Origin: Balanoglossus misakiensis
Lineage: Eukaryota; Animalia; Hemichordata
Assembly (NCBI GenBank): GCA_040954595.2
Contig: CM082576.2
Coordinates: 978,648 to 1,042,647 of the forward strand
Length of the DNA: 64,000 nt
Reading direction: 5' to 3'
Shown: positions 28,201 through 41,400 of the stretch, one piece after another
Layout: each line of letters begins with the position of its first letter
How positions within the stretch are numbered: position 1 is the first letter of the stretch
Notes under the pieces: model-generated
What the model saw: only the letters and a program-made list of their open reading frames with translations
Told to the model about the DNA's origin: nothing
Database searches by the model: none
Position numbers and translations under genes: made by a program

Positions 28201-28802
28201 ACGGCCAATTTGTTTCCAATTAGTCAAGTAGTGTGTCATTTTATCTCGATCAACTATGTCAGAGAAATTGCGCTTTATAGGGCTGTCTCTGCACGGTTCT
28301 GTTGACAAAAACTGCATGGGCTAGTCACTAATTATAACTTCTTTACCCAGTATAGTTTACTAAGCCAACATTTCAAGCAGTTCTTGTGTCTCTCTTTCAT
28401 TTTGATTGCGCCTGTTTCAAGTAAAGGGATAAGGGTTACACAGTAGTGAACTGAATACAAAACAATGAGCTGCGTGGTTGTAGAGCGCCCTCACAGTTGA
28501 GTGAGTGGGGGATTAGCATCTTCTTTGTTCACAAGTGAATTCACTGCAGTGATCATCAACTGCACTTGCTCCTCTATTTGATACAGCACAAGTTCAGATA
28601 AGTCATAAAATGCTGGCAGAGTTTCTAACTTGCAGTTTCTCTGTTTCTTCACTTTTCGCAGAGCATCAGTGTGAGCAATACATCCAGGGCCACTGCAGCA
28701 CCTGCTAGGTTCCTGTGTGATCCTGCCGTCTTCTCCTTCAGATCGTTGAGCACAATCAATCCACTAACACCTGTGGAGGACCCATCACTTGCAGCCTACT
28801 AA
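1265..28802 (+). CDS. FAM53-like protein (~281 aa, 5 coding exons)
   Basis: Exons 1265-1339, 1466-1538, 1646-2145, 7794-7850 and 28662-28802 (TAA) are all GT-AG with consistent phases. The N-terminus MLRFLTQKLKSQSINE resembles FAM53 MVTLITEKLQSQSLDD, and the internal RPSLDFEKMQQ resembles the FAM53 RPSLDFDKM motif (both from memory). The last exon is assigned from a strong acceptor and an open phase-0 frame, so it is less certain. Confidence 0.7.
12743..12784. repeat. 21-bp perfect tandem duplication (AAAAATGTAATAGTTTACACG x2)
   Basis: Read directly from the sequence. Confidence 0.9.
19750..19829. mobile_element. 80-bp hairpin MITE with TAGTCTAG...CTAGACTA termini and 9-bp TSD (Academ-like)
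   Basis: TSD CCAACTTGT at 19741-19749 and 19830-19838. The two arms form an imperfect inverted repeat (TTTTGTCCG / CGGACAAAA). TAG termini with a 9-bp TSD fit AcademH-type elements; the superfamily call is inference. Confidence 0.75.
21673..21890. mobile_element. Possible decayed Tc1/mariner-type MITE remnant
   Basis: Begins TA-CAAGGGGTGGCCAAGAAAAG and contains CGGCCATAACT, both typical of Tc1-like ends. I found no matching second TIR, and the end coordinate is approximate. Confidence 0.3.
22769..22853. mobile_element. ~85-bp piggyBac-like MITE (TTAA-flanked, CCCT...AGGG ends)
   Basis: TTAA(A)CCCTCTCA at the left end and TGAAAGGG-TTAA at the right end. A related single end, TTAACCCTTTCACCGCC, lies at 46837. 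Confidence 0.6.
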
Positions 28803-31650
28803 GGCTGGAAACAACAGCACCTCTGCCAAGAGAGAGACACACACACACACCCATGACTGAATGGAATGGCCCACAGAAGACCACAACAGAACTGAACAGA
28901 TGAATCTCCACAACTTCTATAAATCACATTTACCCTGCCACGCACATTGAGATCTCAGAGACTCTTGAACTATTGATACTCTGAAATATCTTAAGGATCA
29001 GCTGAGAGGATTCTTTACAGTGTTCATACATAAGGTTCTCGCACATTTAAGCCCCAAATTGGAATTACATGCATATGCCTCCCCCCAAAAAAACTATATA
29101 CACACAATATTTTTAAGAATGTTGTAGTAGTTCACATAAAAATTCCTTGAAAACCCAACTTAAGAATTGTTAGCGGATCCCAGTACTAGATCAGCCATAA
29201 TTTGTCCAGAAGTAAAAAAAAACTATTCCACTCATACTTGGGAATCAGACTTTAATACTCAGGTGTTATTTGCCTTCTTGTGTTTTCTTTTTCTGCAGAC
29301 GAGAAATTGTCGGGGGGTAAAGATTAGGGCAAACTAAGCGTGTGTTTTTTATCGTATTATTATTTTTCAATGGTTTATGTTTTAACAGTGGTCAACTGGA
29401 GTTGATGTTGTAAATATAGTATGAAAGAATTGATCCAGAATTGAGTAGGTGGTAGTTGTAATTTGTTATCAATCAATATATCAGGGACAGGCATGCCTGT
29501 ATTGAGAAATGCTTGACTGTGAAAAATTGCAAATGGTGAAAAAAAAGTTTGCCTTGATGTTTTCCCCCAGGGATAGATGATTATACACAGAGAGAGATTT
29601 TTTGAGGAGAGGATATCTCATTTCAGTTTTCTTCTGTTATTTGTCTTTTCAAAGAAATCAGTTTTGTGTTACGCACCTGAGCATCGCAACTATCTTTTAA
29701 AAAAAAAGAATTTCCCGTTATTGATGGTTTGTGATAATGATACAGTAAGAAATGTGAATTGTATTCCGTTCATACTTTATAAGGTAAAAAAAGTATCCTG
29801 TTTAAGTTGAATTGCTCTTCTAGATGTTTAAATAAATTTATAGGAAACAAAGACTTCAAAGCATCCAAGTAGACAAATTTTACAAGTTTTACAAATCTTG
29901 TAGAAATTTTCAAATATTAATACATGGAAAATACAACCTGTTACTGAAGACACATTCTATGCTTACCCTTGGATATTTACCAAAAACTCAAAGGAGTTCT
30001 AAGTAAATTTGCCTTTTCTTGTGAAAGTTATAAAAAAAAGAGATAAAAAACTTAAATTTATTATAGATAGTGAAAACTTGCTTTTTGATACGAGCAAGCA
30101 TTCTGATTAGGCAAATGTTGTATCCAGTTTCTGCTAGCATACATATCTTTTTATGAAAAGAGAAGGTATTACTTTGAAGTGTAGCTTTGCAGAGAACTTT
30201 GAATGCTGGGAAGCTGGCTGCCTTCTTGCAGCAAAAAAGGATTGTTTAAAATAGTATGTAACAGGGTCATTAAGATGTCGTTTACTTAAATGGAAAAAAA
30301 ATTTAATAATGTGGTCAAGTGGTGCCGTGGTTCTGTTGGTATCCGCACTCAGGAAACTTCAAAACGTGTTATTTAATCCAATCAAATCACTGCATGCAGA
30401 ATTTGAACCAATCACATCACTGCTTACATCCATGTAAAAGAACAATAACATTACTGCTTGGTCTATTGGAAACTAGTCTTTTGAGGTTTCTACATACTGA
30501 TAGCTCTCTCAGGAAAAGAAATAGTTAACTCTTTCTAATGTGGGTAGGACACCAGGTTGTTTGATATTTTCTTTGCAATATAATGCTACATTTCCCAGAA
30601 AAATCATGAGAAATCTTCCATTTGATTTCAAACGTTTCTTCTTAAAACGTGTGCTGCCTCGCCTTGCTTTTGAGTGTGGATATTGATAAAACTGGTGAAA
30701 CCATTTATGTGGTATAGATGCAGTCTGTGAAAAAAAACTCCCCCAAGAAAGTGGGTATAAACAAACAGAATATTATAATTTACCAACTCTTGGTGGGTGA
30801 AACTAGGGTCAAGCAAGGAACCTTCACCGATTTATAGATTTACTGTTCAGATTTTTTTGGTTCATAACTTTCCAGAAGTTGTTGCGTTCCTACTTGGCAG
30901 AATTGAATTCTCAGTGTTGTGTGTAAATTTTGATGACAAAGTGACTGGGTCTAAGAGTTCAATACTGTCCAATACCAGAGCTTATATAGAAAGGAAAGGG
31001 GGAGATAGAGAGCAGAAAAAACGAGCAAGAAACTTTATCATTTTTTTTACAAAGTGCAACTTAAAAAAAAAACATTTTTTGTATATATGTTTGTGATGAC
31101 TAAGTGAAGAAGTATGGTTGAGAAAGGAGGATGCAAAAAAGCCATGAATGACACTGTGTGTCTATGAACACCCATTAAAATGTTTTGAAGTGTATGGAAA
31201 CAGCCGGGTGAGGTTTTTCAAATGGCTTGAATTCTGTATATTTGTGGTCCTTTTTTATATCCAAGTTGTAACAGGTTCAAGTCGTAGCCTGTCTCAACAT
31301 TATTATAGTCCCAATAGTGTATTTTTCAAAGGTCTTTTTCGCCTCCTGTCAATAAATTATATATTTAACCTTACAAAAAATAGAGCGTGTCCTGTACTTA
31401 TATGCTTGTATCCGTTTGCTGTGTTTTTGTGTGCATGTATGGACATGTTGGTTTATAGTGTGTTTGTCGACTCAGTCTTTCTGTGTGTGTGTGTGTGTGT
31501 GGGTGGGGTGTCTACAGGTGACCAGACAACTGGAACAACAAATTTGATTGTTGCCCACATTGTGTGGTGAAATTGGGCCAAGCTCTTGACTGCCACCGGT
31601 CAATTAAGATACTACGTGCATTAAAAGTCTTTATGGATACAGACATGCAG
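28803..31650 (+). other. Long (~2.8 kb) 3' UTR of the FAM53-like gene
   Basis: AU-rich region after the stop codon. AATAAA at 31351 and ATTAAA at 31620 are followed by GT-rich sequence. The 3' end is inferred. Confidence 0.45.
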
Positions 31651-32403
31651 CATAAATGTTGAACGTTTTTGTTGAATTATGGCACACATTTAGTGTTTCG
31701 TGCTGTTCTTACGGAAAGAAATCTTCCCAGGTACAACAATCAAATCTCTTCACTTACTGTTTGATTCCATCACTGCTAAGATATGGGAAGTAATTAAAAT
31801 AGAGATGTAAATGGTTGGAGAATGAAACTTGGAATGAATGGAAAAGTCAGTACTGTTGCCGGAATTTGGCAGTGAGCCAAAAGCACTGATACAAAGCAAG
31901 AGTAACAAACCCTGGAGTTATTTTTGGTGCCTCCCTCATGTTTCAAAAAGCATTCAGACCAACTAAAGTGTAAATTACTCTTATCACAGATTTCTATTCA
32001 ATGCAATGAAAGGATTTTCTCCCCCCCCCCCCCCCCCCCCCCACCAACCCTGCCATTTATCAAAGCATCACCATTTGTGATTGAAGTGAACATGTCAGAA
32101 TGGCCTGCCAATTATTATTATTATGAAGCGCCTGACACACAACCCAATGGAATACTTTCATGAATGGGTCAAACTTTATTAAACTTTGTTTAAATGCAGT
32201 ACATTTCTTAAATATCCAAATATTCTGGTAATGATCTATTCATTTTTACAACAAAATGCTGTCACTCAGCAAGTGAAGTGTAGTAATGGTAGGCACGACG
32301 GTATCGTCCAAAGCAACATGCTGGTAAACATGACTATAGCCATTATGACAGTATCCATTAAACTTAAAGTAATCATTTTATTCTTCAAAGTATTTTTATG
32401 CAA

Positions 32404-35400
32404 TCACTTCTTGAAGGGTGAATGTCTACTGTGAAGAAATGCCTTCCAGATGGAGGATTTCCCTCCAGAGGGTTTCCCTCCAGAGTTGACATTGGTGCCG
32501 GTGTTGGCCATAATGTGAAGTGGATAGGTGGCTCCATATGGAGCTGTGGCCTCCTCTGGTTCGTGGGTGACTGCGTCCAGGCTGCACAACCAAAACATCA
32601 ATTCAGGAATATCTCGAGCTTGGAACAAGTACTGAGCCCCAGTTGTGAGTCTGGTGTGTGCGGAAAGAATATTGAGAAAAAGTTTTCCAACAATGCAGAA
32701 TTTTACTTTTTTTTGGATTAATTTGAGAAAATATGCTGTCACAATACTTTCCGAATCAGTATTTTTACTTGATCACTAACTTTTCAAATCATTTAAGTAG
32801 ACATAATCAGTATTTCATCTTGACAGCAAGATGGTCAGATTTGTGCAATTTTATAGCAAACAACATACCTGATCCTGAAAACGTGCTTCTTTTTAGTGTA
32901 GTCAGTTGCCATGGTAATCTGTGCATGAGTCAGGTCCATGGGTGGTTTGTCATCAGATTGTACACCAATGTTCTTGGAATATTGATCGTCATAGAATGTG
33001 AGGATCTTGCCCTCTTGGACCATGTATACACTCTGCCATGTTCTGCAAAAATGATAGAAAACGGTTATGAGACATGCGACTCTTGTTCCTTTGGCAAAAT
33101 GGATCTATTTCAAAATATGGTTATGGATATCACAGGAGTATATCATCATGAATCATAATCACTTTGAGCAGCTTGAAGTTTGACCCTCTCTATATTGGGC
33201 ACACTGTGTTGCTGTACTATATCTTCTCTTGCTTTTAATATGCAAAAGGGGAATTTATACCTACCGGTTTTTGGCTCTAATGATACAGGACTCCAACTCA
33301 TGTTTACGTAATAATATCCCTTCTGCATCAATCTCTGATAAGCTGGACATTTGCCGAGAGCCTCTGACGCAGAGCTCAGAATCATCACTGCAGACACTGG
33401 AAGCATTTTCGTCACTGTTGCTACTCGAGTTCTGCTGGGATTCATCAGAAAATGGAAGCGAGGAGCTGCTACCCAGATCAATTTCATCATTTACATCATC
33501 CTGCTTTGGTATGCGCTTTCTGCTGCTGCTTCTGGTAGTTACATCACCAGCTGTTGCATTATCTCGGTATTTCTTTTCTCGTGGAAGATGAGAACGACAG
33601 TCATCACATCGATTAGATTCTGTCTGAGAGACAGAATAACTTTGCCTCTGTGGTAGTGTCCAAAAGTCAGAATTGCAGTTTGGTTCTTGTACTGTCTGGA
33701 TTTGGTCGTATGTCAATCTTCTGGCTCTTGACCTCTTGACTCCATCATTGTCGGAATGGCATCTTGAAGTTGGACAACAAACTGGCTTTTGCTCTTCATT
33801 TTCTTTGTCAAAACCTCCCTGCAAGGAAATCATTCTCCTTCTAGCCATGTTTCCCAGTTGATTGTTGTTTTCTATCTGTGTGTGGACAGCTGCCATTTTG
33901 TTACTTCTCTTGGGCTCAAGATATTCACCATTGCCATATGTATTCCTCCTTTGGTCAAATTTGATTTCTTGTTGCATGTCACTGGTTTGCTGCAAAATGC
34001 TGCGACGTGGAGCTGCTCGTGGCTTGGTCTTGATTCCATGTTGACTGCTTTGGTCTGAATCACTCTGTGTAGAGTATCTGCAAGTTGACTTTGGAAGCTG
34101 CTGATCAATCACTGGAGATATAGACGGTTTTTTCACATAACTCCTAGACAACATATTCTCCCATTCACCTTCATCTTCTTGTGCTGTTTTCTTGTCTCTC
34201 CGTGGCGATGATGACAGTGGTTCATCATATTGGCCAAAATATTCATCCATATCATCAAAGATGTCACTAAATGACAACTGATGAGACTTGTAATTGTCTT
34301 CGCTGTCTTCAAATCCAATCGGTGGTGGTTGATTGGCAATGCCACTCACTTTTTTTATCAGCTTTTTCTGGCGCTGCAAAGTATAGAATTCTATACGGTT
34401 GGTAAAGTTGAAATTGAAGTCACTTCTTTAGATTGTAGATTTCCACATTTACCTTTGTATTAGAATCACCATGTTAGTTTATCAAATATATGGAGATCAA
34501 CTTCATGAAAAGGTTTTGTCCACTATAAAAAAAAGCAATTGATGAAAAAATGTCAACTCGGCACATGGATCTCTATGTTTAATGTAGTTTCTGATTACAC
34601 TTACAGAGAAGACTTTAAAAATCTGCAAGTAATAAAAATGACATGTACCTTCAACTTTATCTGTAATTACAAAATTAATGTTGACCATTTTTGCAGTAGA
34701 TTCAGCGTAAAGATACATGCCCAGATATTCAATAATAGATTTAAATTATCAAGAATTCAATATTGCAATGCAAAATGATAAATGAGTTTTGGTTCAGTGA
34801 ATACAAATTTCATATTTTCCAAAATTATGTATGTGTGTGTTGTCATGGTAACTTTTTAAAGACTAAGAGGAGTATTAAACAGCATGGAAAGTTGAGTATT
34901 TAATAAACAGTGACACTAAAAAATATCAAATGAATTGGAAAAAACAGCGCAGTTACCTTCAGGTCCTGCTTCACCTCTGCAATCTTCCGCTGAAGGACAG
35001 TAAAAATCATTTATGGTAAATATTATAAATTGTAAAATATGATTAACATTGAAGTAACATTCAGCATATAGATTTACTGAAAATTTAAAAAAATTTATTT
35101 TGCAAACTTATACAGACATGTACTGAATATCCACCACTTTTACTGAAACCCAACCTATTATCAGCGAACCAAATGACTTACTTTTTTCTCCTTGACATGA
35201 TCGTTAAGGTTCCTAATCTGTTCACAGAGACTCTGTCTCTCATTGGCCAGCTCAGTGATATTTTCATTCAGTGCCTGCATGGCGGTTTGCATATCTTTGT
35301 CTTTGTCCTGCAGTTCTTCATATTGTTTTAACAACTGTGACTGTGAGCAGAAAAAAAAAAAAAAAAAAAAAATGACAAATCACACGTGTATTCATCACAA

Positions 35401-38400
35401 CTTCACATTGCATTTCATCCTTTCTGTACTTATAGCTTTCATTCAGGAAGGACGTTGTACAGTTTCTTGGAAATATTGTGAAATGATGGATAGCATTTAA
35501 TTTAGAAAGTTTTGCTGAGTTAATAACTACTTGTGATAATATCATAATAAAACACGGTTGATTGTATTCGATATGGAAAGCGATATTATTGAAATTTTCG
35601 AAAACAGGTGCTTTGTGTTTTGACTTTTTATATTAAGCTCTTGTTTAGAAATAAAACATTCAGTGGTATCAATGGTATATCAGGTTTACTTTGGTGACAT
35701 CTTGCCCTTGGAGCACAGCTAGGAGGAACTTCCATGAATCAAACTGTTAGTGAATAAATTACAATGCTTGGCTATTTATCAGCATCAGGGAGTTGTAAGC
35801 CTGGGCTTATCCTGGGCAATTCATACAGGGATAAAGGGCAATTAATCTCAATTTATGGGTCAGTGCAGAAGTGGATTCCGTCCAGAAGGAAGAGTCTGCA
35901 AACGGCAAAGATGAGGCCATTCATTAGGATTTCCTCCTGAAGCTCAGTGGCTATAAATTGAAAAGTGAATGATTGTGATGATGAAAGTCTAATTAGTGAA
36001 AAATTTGACTGATGGAAAATCTACCAAGGTCAAGTGCATCTGTCTTGCCAACAGAGTTATTTAGCATTTGCGTTGCCTGGTAACATTTTGGGCCAGATTT
36101 CTTTACAATTTAATTAGATGACAAGTGCAGCTGATATTTGACATAGAATGGTTGCTGTTTGTATAAGTTAAAAGTGACTTTGAAAATTGCTCTTCAATAC
36201 TGGGAAGTCAAGTAACATACTAGTCGAGTAATCTAGCCGTAGAAACCATAAATGAAAAGTTTGAGATTCGGTGGCAAAACCTGACAGCATAAAAACAATG
36301 TTAATCATTAATCGGTCCTGTCCACAGTTAAGGGGCAAAACAAGTCAAAGGGTCACACTGGGTTAAGACCAGGTCATGCCAGGTCACAGCAACAAAATAC
36401 TTGAGATCACTAAAGTTCTCCACATGGAAAATGCATTCTGTGCATTGAGCATCATAAATCTCGGTACCTTAGCAGTGTTCAACTTTGATATTTCTGAGTG
36501 ACTCCGTTTCAGTGCTTTATGGCAATAGTTGAGCTGTTCCTGTTGGGACTTGACAACATCTTCAGTCTCCTTCAAGATGTTGTGAAGAATGCCTTCCAAA
36601 GGGAAACAAAGAGTGTAAATCGGTATAAAAAGTGATTCATGATGATGGTGGTGGTGGTAGTGATAATGATGATTACGAAACCCAAATCTGGCAAAAAAGT
36701 TGGCCAATTAATTACCATATTCTTCATCAAGATCTGTAAACTTTCTGTTGCTGTCTGTTAGCTTTCTTGTCAGTGATAGAATCTCACCATCCTTCTCTTT
36801 GCTTTCCTCTTTTAAGTCTTGCAGCTGATCCAGGGATAAAATACAGGGGGAAAAAATCATCAATGGTCACATGACCAATTTATTTCAAATAATCATTTAT
36901 ATGAATCTTTAAAGGCAATGTGTGTTTTGTATACTTATATCCTCAAAATCAAAATCAGAAAAGTGCTAATTCTGTGAAACAGCTAGTATTTTTAATTCAG
37001 TGTCAGAATGAGATTTTTGACCCTTTATTGTTTTCATGCATTGTGTGGAAAGGAAAATCTTGCATAGTAGTCAGATGCTTGAAATGCATGTGACATCAAA
37101 ACAGAAAATTTCCCTTTAATATGCCTCTTGCCAAATAAAGGGTGACAAAGCAAACACTTTTTCGCTTATTGAATGTTCTGACCTTGATGTTACTTTTTGT
37201 GAAATGAATTCTGATTATCACCGCAATTACCAGTATGCAAAGTCCTGAAAAGTTGGGTGCTGCAAATTAGAGCTAAATATTGCCTACAGTACACATTTCC
37301 TGTCAGAAAGTCAGAAAATAATGAAGGAAATCTGAAAAGCTCCTTGAGGATAAAAATTGCCATGCAATGATGCATTACTGGTTTTAAGTAAAACATATGT
37401 TAGGACAATATTTAACAGAAACAATTAAAAGTTGATAATGGCTACTGAGCCTTAAATCAGACATGTAGAATGTGGACAAGGTGCAACAGCTGTAACCTTG
37501 GTGACAGTCAAATTTAATTTGTATGGTACTGTTTCAGTAAAACTGTGTCAATTCCTGGATCTATCAAATTCATCAACAAAGGAAATGTCAAATGTGTTCA
37601 AATGATTGATGGGAGATTTTAACTGGCATTCTTTGTCTACATCATTGCCTTGGGCTCTTAATTAATAGTGGAGTTCACAAGAGAAAATTAATACCAACCC
37701 TACGAGGTGGTAGGTTTACAGTCAGACCATATGTCCAAATTGGCCCTTCTCTTGAACAAAATTGCAAGGAAATTGTGAATTCTAAGAAGTGGTGTTGTTT
37801 AGACTGCCATTTTCAACTTCGATGGGCAAAACATCATAAAACACTGTAAATTTAGATTGACCTTTATATTCCCCCAGAGAGGATTATTTTAGCCCTGGTT
37901 ATATATTCACATTGGGAAAATTTAATCATGATCCATACATCAATCATAATTAAATTTTGCCATTGTGAACAACAATATTGTCTATATTTTTTTCTTGCAA
38001 AAATAATAACTACCAGCAAAACGTTCAATGAATTTTACAACATTGACAAAAGAATTGAATATTGATTGAAAGAAGGCAACAATTACCAACGGTCAAGGAT
38101 GTTGTAAACTTTAATACTGTACTTTACAAGCGTAATCAAAAAATGAAGTTCTCTGACCTTTTAGGGTAAGAACAAGGATCACAATAACTTTTGCAATAAT
38201 TTTAATTCACATCAGTCGACAATTGCTGCACAATGCTCTTTGTTGCCATTTTACAAAACACCTGTTGATCTCTGAAGCAATTACTGGATCTTGTGGGTTT
38301 CATTCACTGCTGACAACAACAACTGAAAATCTTTAACCATTCCTTTGGTTTTTCTACACATTTTTGCTTCTCGATTTTATCCTCACCTGTTGTATCAACG

Positions 38401-41400
38401 TATTTATAGATTCCTGTCTGCCGTGGTATTCTTGTATCAATCTTTGACACTCTTCCTGTTCCTTGGATGCTGAAAAAATATATTACAATGAAGTTATCTC
38501 GTCTGTGGGACATTGATGGTTGGCATAATGAGTTCCATGCTTTGCATTATCTGTTATGATATCTTTGTAACAATTAACTGCCTGTGGAAACAAAGGGGAA
38601 CATTGTCTTGCATTTTGTTTTTCGGAGTGTACATAGAATGTCACAAATATAGCTATGATCTGATAGTTCCATTCACTTTCACTAATACTTCCATGGAGGG
38701 AAATGTACCGGTAACTGCCAAATGTTAAGTTTGTATAAATCATCTTCATTTTTAAATAAAGATTTAGAGGATTATCAATTCCTCTAAAAGTTATCTTTTC
38801 TGCCTGAAAATTGTAATTGGAAAAAACAATATACATGTATTTAATCACAGAAGAGCTAGGTTACACACATGTGGCAAATTTATTACTAGAGTGTATTTTT
38901 ATGAATTATTTGAGTTTTCATTAATGCAATTAATCAACCTTGAAACGGAGAAAATGAAATTTTCTGGAGATATGCCAAGCTTGTATTTGAAATGTAAACT
39001 AATCATTTTAATCACCATCATCCTTATACTGCTGCCAGCACAGAACAGCACTGTTACCAAAATATGTATATGCCATTATTAAACTTGACCTTGTAGCCAT
39101 GTCTATAATTCATCTAATTCTCGGCATGACACGGTACGCCTGAGTTGCCCCATTGGTTGTTCTTTCCTTTGTCAACACAATGGAAGTACATTAACTTGAT
39201 TTGAATAGTAGCTCTGCGATTGCTGTGAGATTTCTAAAGTTCAATCGGAAGGGCGAACTCTGCAGAGTGAAATTATCAAGCAAACAGAAAATTGTACTTT
39301 GCTGTCAATGCATTCTGATTACAATAACACAGCTTGATAGTGATTTTAACAAACGCAGCAGCATGGTGTCCGAAACCTATTTTCATGGTTACCAAACATG
39401 ATCTGTTGAAGGTTGCCTGCACTGCACCTTCACTGGTAGATTGCAAACTTGGTGGCTGAGCCACTGTCTATTTAAAGACCTGCAATTAATCTGAAATAAT
39501 CTGCACGGAAATAAGGAAAGTGTAAAGAAAATTCACTGAAGAAGAATATAGTGCACTACAATAAGAACAGTGCATCCTTTTTGACATCGTTAAAGAGAAA
39601 AATCATGTGAGCATAGTTTAGATTACATTTCTTTACCTAGTATTTTTAACTCTTCATTCTCAATGTTCATCAATCGATATTTCTCAAGAAGTTCCTGAAA
39701 TGAAAGAAAACATGGTGTAGGTAGACATCCAAAATTTGTGCTGTGGATCCAGCAGTTATTGGCTGGATGAAGCATGACATTTAGGTACTGAAGTCAATGA
39801 CTATCAGAATTAAAATTAAAATACATGGGTCACTGTCCTAATATGAAATATGAGGCTATCAAAATGATGAATCTGACTCGACCTGTTCAAATAGGATTAT
39901 ATTATGACAATGATTTGCAATTGACCCTTGCATTTTAATAATGTTGCCCTCTATGGCAAGATCGCAATAACCCACGCGATCTCATTCTCAGCATTCAATT
40001 CTAACACTACAGGTTGTCATTTCAAGCATTGAAAAATTCACCAAATTTTCAACGCATTCAAGTTGAAGTATTTTTTCATTAACAAAGTATTTACACAAAT
40101 ATCAATTCTTCTTCACTGATCACATGGTAATTTAATCACCTTATCCTATTCAAAACAGTTTTGTGGATAAAAACACTAAATTTGTACAGCATTCAAGGTG
40201 ACTAGCGCCCTCAATCGATCTTTTAAAACTTTTCTTTCTATTTACCACTGTTTGTAAGACATAAGATGGAATTCTGTTGCATTCAGAACATCTTCTGAAA
40301 GACTTTAACCCAACGTTTTACATGTTCACTATTTTTTAAAAAGTTGTAGATAAACTTTTAAATGAAGGGAGTATCAACGCTGCCATATTGCAAGATATTT
40401 ATAATACCTCAAAGTTCTCTTTGCGTATTCTGTCTGTGTCCTTCAAAGCATCTCTCTCTCTTGTACACTCTGCCAGTCTCTCATCCAGATTTAAAAACTC
40501 TGTTTTCAAGGTGGTACAAGACTCACAACGTCTGGTGATTGAAGAACGATAAAAAGATTAACAATGAAACTAACTCACTATACTTCTACCATGCTACAGT
40601 CTGTGAATGGAGTTTCATAAAAGTCGTTATTGCTGTAACTCACTGATTGAGATCTTATACTCACTCTGTCCTGTACTGATAACTTTCCTCCCGAGATTCT
40701 TCCATTTCTTCTATTTTGGCCTGCAAGTTCCTGTTTATCAACTACAACAGGTAAAAACAACAGCTCTTAAAAGTCAAAAAATCTTGTTTTATCTTTTCAG
40801 CATATAGTCAAAAATTGAAGAACTGTCACGTTTTTGTTTCACATTGTAAAGACTTGGCACAAGTTCATTTTTGTGACCTTATGTGAACCTACAGTTTGTT
40901 TAACAGTTGTCATTGCATTGTGGCCTACCATAAGCTGTTGAATGGTCTCCTTTTGATCGTCAACTTCGGCCCTGACATCGTCCAATTCATTCTCCTGAAA
41001 GAAAAGAAAGGTACTTGTGAACCAGTGCAAATTGGAATGTCTGATTCTACCCAGATGGCAATATGGTTGTTTGTATTTGCATGATGACTTCTAAAAAGCT
41101 CTGATTATTAGATTAGATATACAGTAGTTATTTTGCAGACCTTTTGTTTGAGTTTGTTGTCAGATGTTGTCTTCCACAGTTTAAGTTTCATAGCTTCATT
41201 GTGCAGCTTGGTGGTCAATTCTGGCAAACTTTCAGACCTGGATAGTTGGGTTTTTCTTTCCTCCTCATTTTCATCGTTCGTGATTCCATCATCTCTTTCA
41301 TCCTCGCATACTTTGTAGACCTCGTTGAGTCGATGGTCGGCTTTTGCCGGGTGCAAGGGAGGAATGCCACATACCGGATTGGTGACTGCCTTGGTTTCGT

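Noticed and set aside
2214-28231. Dozens of 60-140 aa ORFs in the FAM53-like introns
   Set aside because: Random composition, many TTG/GTG starts, no motifs and no phase-consistent splice chain; expected by chance.
33229-34345. Overlapping ORFs on the + strand and in alternate frames over the large exon
   Set aside because: They are shadows of the real 1109-nt minus-strand exon.
40573-40664. Three tandem GTGAGT donors on the minus strand
   Set aside because: Reading past the first donor hits an in-frame TGA immediately, so the others cannot give coding isoforms.
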